This document shows positions 50,001 to 55,253 of a DNA stretch of 55,253 nt, one piece after another (the stretch's first letter is position 1; every line of letters begins with the position of its first letter). The position numbers were made by a program, and so were the translations under genes. Below the pieces are notes generated by a model. That model worked only from the letters and a program-made list of their open reading frames with translations. It was not told where the DNA came from and made no database searches. This stretch comes from Rhodothermales bacterium (GTDB lineage Bacteria; Bacteroidota; Rhodothermia; Rhodothermales; JAHQVL01), in assembly GCA_045106435.1 (NCBI GenBank), contig JBGCEN010000057.1, positions 1 through 55,253 of the forward strand. The letters run 5' to 3'.

Positions 50001-52121
50001 TTACCAGCTCAGTAATTCTCGCACCGCATCCAGAATGTTTTTGTCTTGTGGGAGAACGGCTCTTTCAAGTGGGTCTGCAAAAGGAATATAGGTGAACTTG
50101 CCGGCAACGCGTCGAACCGGTGCATCGAGATCTGCAAATGCCTTGTCTGCAATTTGAGCGCATATTTCGGCACCATATCCCAGAAATTCGTGGTCTTCAT
50201 AAAGTACCAGCGCACGTCCTGTTTTGCGAACGGAAGCCAGAATAGCTTCTGAATCTACCGGCACAAGACTTCTGAGATCAATGACTTCAACCGACACCCC
50301 TTCTTTTTCAACGGTTTTAGCTGCAGCAAGTGCTTTGTGCACCATAAATCCGTAGGTAATGATGGATAGGTCCGTGCCCTCTTTTACTGTTTTTGCTTTG
50401 CCGAATGGTACCAGATAATCTTCATCAGGCTCCAGCGCGCGCGCATGAGATGCACGATATAACGCTTTGTGCTCCAGGAAGATGACGGGGTCTTGCATTC
50501 GAATGGCTGTTTTAAGCAATCCTTTTGCGTCATCTGCGGTGGAGGGCATAACAACCTTCAGGCCCGGGGTATGTCCGAAAATAGATTCAATGTTTTGTGA
50601 GTGGCACAAGCCGCCATGTATGTATCCTCCACATGGGACGCGTACAACAACAGGGCATCCCCATTCTCCGTTTGACCGGTACCTGAATGTGGCCAGCTGA
50701 TTCCTGATTTGCTGCATTGCCGGCCAGATGTAATCAGCAAACTGAATTTCTACAACAGGTTTATAGCCGGCCGCGCTAAATCCAACAGCGGTGCCAATGA
50801 CTGATGCTTCAGCCAGTGGAGAGTTAAAGCAGCGTTCTGATCCAAACTTGTCTGTCAGATTTCTCGTTGCTGTAAACACCCCTCCTTTGTCTCCTGCGAC
50901 GTCCTCACCATAAACGATGACTTTGTCGTTATGCTGCATTTCTTCATCAAGCGCATGGTTTATAGCATCTACCATGACGACCAGCTCACCGGATGGCTCG
51001 CTCTTTTCATATTCGAGATCGAGCGTGCCTTCGAAGAAAACGTGCTTTGTCGCAGTTGTCGGGTCTGGGTCTGGTTGTGCTTCAGCCCAAACAGTATCGT
51101 CATCAACCTGTTGTTTCACGGATTGGCGCAGTTCGAGGATGCGCTCTTCGTTTAGCAAACCTGATTCAATCAGCGAAAGCTCGAGTTTAGCAATTGGGTC
51201 GACCAATTTGTCTTTTTCCAATTCCTCGCTGCTACGGTATTTCGCATGGTTATCCGACGATGAATGTGGCATGAGTCGCACAACATCAGCCAAAAGAAGT
51301 ACAGGGCCTTTGCCTTCTCTGATGTGTTCAATGGCAGCTCTTGCAACGGAAGCCGTTTTGAAAAAGTCAGTCCCATCTACCCTGGCGCGTACAATGCCTT
51401 CATAGCCGGCGCCAAAGTTATAAGAAGAGCCGCCGGCGGTTTGCTCGCTAACGGGAACGGAAATCGCGTATTTGTTATCCTGGACGAAGAATAAAACAGG
51501 TGCCTGGATTCTAGTGGCCCAGTTAAGCGCCTCGTGGAAATCACCTTGCGATGTTGCACCGTCGCCACTGGAGACATATACATAGTTGTCTGAGCCGTTA
51601 CGCTGAAGCGCCATGGCCGCCCCCAGTGCCGGTAAATATTGTGCCCCAACGGATGATGACGTAGTAAGCAGGTTGATTTCTTTTGAGGAGAAGTGCTCTG
51701 CCATCTGACGTCCGCCTGAATTTGGGTCGTCAGCCTTGGCTAAATGCGCGAGCAATGTGTCTCTGGAGGTCATACCCAAAGACAATGACATGCACAGGTC
51801 GCGATAATAAGAGACAAACCAGTCGTTTCCAGGGCGGGAGAAGTGGGCTACTGCAGCCTGCGCAGCTTCATGGCCGGCACATCCGATGTGGAAAAAGCCT
51901 TTGCCCTGTTTGAGCAGGTTGATCATCTTCTCATCCAGCCGGCGCGATAGTAGCATGGTCCGGTAAATATTCAGAAGATCATCCTTATTGAAATCAGTAG
52001 CTGAGAGATGTCTGATAGCTAACTCGCTTTTCCCTTTTCCTTTTACAGGGCTAACCAATTCAATTTCTGATTCATTTACCGATGTAGAACTTAACTCCAT
52101 TGGTGTTTCGTTTTTTGCCAT
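50001..52121 (-). CDS. Fused E1 alpha/beta 2-oxoacid dehydrogenase (branched-chain type likely)
   Basis: GHEAAQ, YYRD, GDGATSQGDFHEALN..QDNKYAIS (TPP), HSSSD, GEDVA..KGGVF, EIQFADY, GGLCHSQ. Confidence 0.95.
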   Translation of the reverse strand: MAKNETPMELSSTSVNESEIELVSPVKGKGKSELAIRHLSATDFNKDDLLNIYRTMLLSRRLDEKMINLLKQGKGFFHIGCAGHEAAQAAVAHFSRPGNDWFVSYYRDLCMSLSLGMTSRDTLLAHLAKADDPNSGGRQMAEHFSSKEINLLTTSSSVGAQYLPALGAAMALQRNGSDNYVYVSSGDGATSQGDFHEALNWATRIQAPVLFFVQDNKYAISVPVSEQTAGGSSYNFGAGYEGIVRARVDGTDFFKTASVARAAIEHIREGKGPVLLLADVVRLMPHSSSDNHAKYRSSEELEKDKLVDPIAKLELSLIESGLLNEERILELRQSVKQQVDDDTVWAEAQPDPDPTTATKHVFFEGTLDLEYEKSEPSGELVVMVDAINHALDEEMQHNDKVIVYGEDVAGDKGGVFTATRNLTDKFGSERCFNSPLAEASVIGTAVGFSAAGYKPVVEIQFADYIWPAMQQIRNQLATFRYRSNGEWGCPVVVRVPCGGYIHGGLCHSQNIESIFGHTPGLKVVMPSTADDAKGLLKTAIRMQDPVIFLEHKALYRASHARALEPDEDYLVPFGKAKTVKEGTDLSIITYGFMVHKALAAAKTVEKEGVSVEVIDLRSLVPVDSEAILASVRKTGRALVLYEDHEFLGYGAEICAQIADKAFADLDAPVRRVAGKFTYIPFADPLERAVLPQDKNILDAVRELLSW

Positions 52122-52545
52122 AAGACTTTCGTGATCTACCTACAAGCAACGCGCAAAAAGAAACGGGAGCGTGCTTGTCTTATCGAGAAATACCTAAACG
52201 TACTCCTAAAGAGAGGATACTGAACTTCTGGTGGAGGTCAGTATGACGTACTATCAAAGATGATGCTGTATCGCGTCAGGGGTAACCAGCCTTCATTAGA
52301 CTTTGGATAGTACAACTGGTTCGGATTGAGCACAAGGCTCTATATGCTATTAGCATAAACTTTGCGCAATCTTTAATGTAGAAGGGTATAACGATTTAGC
52401 GTTACAATGATCCTTGTTTTTAAAAAAATGGTAGCGCTTCCAAGGCGTGGATTTTACTTCTTGAATACGGCCTGTTGAATTCCAAATTCCTGTCCTGTGA
52501 CCCTGAGCTTGGCCCTGAATTGTACAAACTGATTGGCGATCCAGC

Positions 52546-54048
52546 CTAGTCCGTTTCCTCCTGAATCTCGTCTTCCGCAAGAGGTAAGTCAAACCAAAAT
52601 CTCGTCCCTCTACCCAGTGTGCTCTCCACCTGAATCTGTTCTCCGTGTGCGTGGAGGATCTGTTTGACGATACTCAGGCCCAGGCCTGTACCGCCGCTTT
52701 TGCGGGATCTATCCGGATCAACGCGATAAAAGCGTTCAAAGATGCGTTCCAGGTTTTCTTCTGGAATGCCCCTGCCTGTATCGGAGACTTCAATACGTAC
52801 CTTATCTTGCCGGCGCCTGTATTTGAATTTTACTCCGCCTTCGTCTGTATAAACAATCGCGTTTTCTATTAGATTTACCAGAACTTGACGGATGCGATCA
52901 CGATCAGCATGGGCCTTTATTTTTACGTGCTCGATTTCAAGTTGTAAATCCTTCTTGGCTGCCTTTTGCTGGAGCAGCTCTTCCAGTTCCAGAGATAGCT
53001 CGGACAGATCAAAGTCGTCGAGCCGAATCATGTCTTCCCGATATTCAAGCCTTGCTATCTCGATCAAGTCGTTAAACAGATTGCTTAATCTCTCGAGATT
53101 TACCAGTGCTTTTTCTGCATAGCGTTTTTGTTGCTCAGGCTTGAGTACTGGTGTTGCGAGTGCTTCTAAATATCCGCTAATTGCAAAAATCGGGTTGCGT
53201 ACCTCGTGGGATACGTTGCCTATAAACTCGCTTTGAAGGTTTGATAGCCGCTCCAGGTTCTCAATCTTTTTCCGAAACTGGCCGGACATTCGATTAAGGC
53301 TGGTTGCCAGGTCCTGAAACTCAGCCGCTCGGGACCTCACAAAAATCTTCTGATTAGACTTCTCGTCAGAAATTTTGCGTGCCCTTTCATTAATGGCTCT
53401 GAGAGGCTTGATAACTCTTCTCGCAGTTACCCAACTGCCAAACATGGCAAGAATAAAAGCCATCACCATACCAACTATAAGTGCCGTTTGCATATTCCTC
53501 GCCTGGGAATATAACGGGGGCTCGGGGACGTATAGGCGGATGACAAACCCTGTGAGTGCGTGATTTACAGCACATATCAGGATTGGGTCACCGTTTGTGG
53601 TGGTATGTTCTATGAAGCGCATCCTGCCCTCCGGTACCAGAAGATCCTGTTCAAGATCTTCTGGTAGATAGAATTGAGGGATGAAGGTTTCGCCTCTGGC
53701 GTCTACGTATAGGGTATCGTCTGCATACGCTTCAATGCGCATGCCCAGCACACGACTGGTTTGTTCAGTGGCTTGCCAGGCTTCTTCGTAAGATCGAGCC
53801 TTGCCAAGCGTGGTAGCAATCTGTAGCGCTTGTTCACGGAGCTGTCGTCTTGCAGCAGTTTCGGTTTGATTATGGAGTACGAAACGCGCGTATAGACCAA
53901 CAACAAGTACAGCACCTCCTACAAAAAACGCGAACGTTAGAAACATCCAGGTTTGTGTAGAAGCTCTTTTAGGGACAATAGTGCTTGCAACTTCCCTGAA
54001 AAGGAGCCTCAGCCAGAGGAGCAGGCGTCGTACTCGTCTCCAGCCCAT
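52546..54048 (-). CDS. PhoR-like HAMP sensor histidine kinase
   Basis: 2 TM, HAMP, H-box VSHEVRNP, NLIENA, DTGRGI, FERFYRVD..RSR..GGTGLGLSIVK. Confidence 0.95.
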   Translation of the reverse strand: MGWRRVRRLLLWLRLLFREVASTIVPKRASTQTWMFLTFAFFVGGAVLVVGLYARFVLHNQTETAARRQLREQALQIATTLGKARSYEEAWQATEQTSRVLGMRIEAYADDTLYVDARGETFIPQFYLPEDLEQDLLVPEGRMRFIEHTTTNGDPILICAVNHALTGFVIRLYVPEPPLYSQARNMQTALIVGMVMAFILAMFGSWVTARRVIKPLRAINERARKISDEKSNQKIFVRSRAAEFQDLATSLNRMSGQFRKKIENLERLSNLQSEFIGNVSHEVRNPIFAISGYLEALATPVLKPEQQKRYAEKALVNLERLSNLFNDLIEIARLEYREDMIRLDDFDLSELSLELEELLQQKAAKKDLQLEIEHVKIKAHADRDRIRQVLVNLIENAIVYTDEGGVKFKYRRRQDKVRIEVSDTGRGIPEENLERIFERFYRVDPDRSRKSGGTGLGLSIVKQILHAHGEQIQVESTLGRGTRFWFDLPLAEDEIQEETD

Positions 54049-54756
54049 CTATTCCTCTGGCAAGCCGTCTTCTACAAACCGGTATCCTACACCGCGGACC
54101 GTCTGGATATGCTGGGCGAAGCTGCCTAGCTTTTCTCTGAGGTTTTTGATGTGGGCATCTACCGTTCGTTCGGTGACCATCATGGCATCTTTCCAGATCG
54201 TTTCCAGCAATTGCTGTCTGGTGAATGCTTTTCGAGGATGCCGTACGAGATATCGCAGGAGCTCAAATTCGGTGAGGGTAAGTCCGAGATCTTTTTCATC
54301 CAGCGCAGCCCGGTACTCATCTTCATAGATGGTCAGGTTGTTAATCTGGATGATACGGCTCTCATCTACACCCATGCGCCGTAGAACGGCTTTAACATGC
54401 GCGAGAATGACCTGGGGAGATGCCGGCTTTGTCAGATAGTCATCACCACCCAGCATAAGACCTTTGATCTGGTCTTCTTCCTCTACTTTAGCGCTCAGAA
54501 AGATGATGGGAATCGTTTCTGTTTCTGCGCGAGATCTTAATGTTTTGCAAACCTCGTAGCCATCCAGGCCAGGCAACATAATATCTAATACAAGAAGATC
54601 GATCTCAGAGGTGGCTTTTTGTAACGCTTCTTCTCCGTCAAAAGCTTTGTGAACTGTATATCCTTCCTGCTCCAGGAAATGGCTAACAACTTCAACTACA
54701 TCTTCTTCGTCATCAACAACGAGGATATTTATTTCAGAGGGGTCAGCAGTAATCAT
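54049..54756 (-). CDS. PhoB/PhoP-like OmpR-family response regulator
   Basis: LVVDDE, LDIMLPG.DG, GGDDYLTKP, LTLTEFELL, RTVDAHIKNLR.K, TVRGVGY; abuts the kinase gene. Confidence 0.96.
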   Translation of the reverse strand: MITADPSEINILVVDDEEDVVEVVSHFLEQEGYTVHKAFDGEEALQKATSEIDLLVLDIMLPGLDGYEVCKTLRSRAETETIPIIFLSAKVEEEDQIKGLMLGGDDYLTKPASPQVILAHVKAVLRRMGVDESRIIQINNLTIYEDEYRAALDEKDLGLTLTEFELLRYLVRHPRKAFTRQQLLETIWKDAMMVTERTVDAHIKNLREKLGSFAQHIQTVRGVGYRFVEDGLPEE

Positions 54757-55253
54757 GCTTGGCTTATGGTTGTTTCAAAACAATTGTGGCTAAATAAAGC
54801 GTTTTCGAAGCAAGCAACACGCAAACAGCGTAAGATGCCTCGAATATTCTTCATCCTATGCCAAAGAATCTACGAAAAACGCGTAGATATACCTATGGAT
54901 CCGTATGAGTAAATTATTCTGAACGCAATTCAGTTGCAAAAAGCCGTTTTTATCTTCATAAACGCGCTTTGTGAGATAAATTTCTACACAAATTGCTATG
55001 CATATACGCCGGCTTTTCTCCCTGCGCCAATCAATATACGTGATAAGTCACTTTTTCGGCTACCAAGGTTACCTGCTGTGCAAGCCCTCGCGTCATTAAG
55101 TCTTTCGTGATTTGTAAGAACCTGTCTACGATCTATGGCCGAGATTGCATTTGCAGCAATTTTTGTTCAAATCAAGGCGCTTTTTGTGTTCGATGCAGCG
55201 CATCGGGCGCAAAAAGGAACGCAGATATGGGCAAAAAGGGCGCACAATGCACC

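Larger units (their letters stand above)
1090..55013. repeat. Dispersed, highly iterated palindrome GCCGGC (about 89 copies by manual count)
   Basis: Examples at 1090, 1371, 2737, 3541, 6640, 21576, 21654, 21790, 21976, 22019, 29979, 33347, 39172, 45386/45390, 48004, 49101, 51405, 55008. Confidence 0.8.

Noticed and set aside
52546-54756. Naming the second two-component system phoBR
   Set aside because: Motifs are PhoB/PhoR-like, but there are no pst/phoU neighbours or clear Pho box in the window, so no symbol was assigned
55180-55216. Hairpin CTTTTTGTGTTCGATGC-AGC-GCATCGGGCGCAAAAAG near the window end
   Set aside because: Context is truncated, so it cannot be assigned to a gene or element
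1-55253. tRNA, rRNA, IS/transposase, prophage or defence genes
   Set aside because: No cloverleaf, rRNA-like tract, transposase/integrase motif or recognisable defence domain was found by inspection

Overview
Core-genome window from a bacterium of the Bacteroidota-Chlorobiota-Rhodothermota group, most consistent with Rhodothermales (inferred from ribosomal protein features and gene order; GC about 45-47% by eye). Bases 1-16.9 kb hold the end of tuf and the S10-spc-alpha ribosomal protein superoperon through rpoA-rplQ. It has two anomalies: an acidic lipoprotein gene between rpsJ and rplC, and no infA between map and rpmJ. The remaining ~38 kb is housekeeping, regulatory and envelope genes. 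These are Rel/SpoT, HU/IHF, YqgF, def, DUF1080, a biotin carrier, aat, a DUF1460 amidase, pfkA, menG, an RsbU/V/W-like partner-switching trio, a four-repeat hypothetical protein, prmA, Ppx/GppA and Mrp. Further on come TBDR-DUF4249-SufE, a Nudix hydrolase, two OmpR-family two-component systems, Hsp20 with a sigma54-type promoter, a TPR lipoprotein, a cystathionine gamma-lyase/synthase, a Tat-lipoprotein molybdoenzyme coupled to a likely beta-barrel, and a fused E1 dehydrogenase. No tRNA, rRNA, CRISPR array or mobile element was recognised. The strongest unexplained signal is window-wide: the palindrome GCCGGC occurs about 89 times by manual count, against roughly 8 expected from base composition. 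It appears in all three codon phases and in intergenic DNA, resembling a cyanobacterial HIP1-type highly iterated palindrome.
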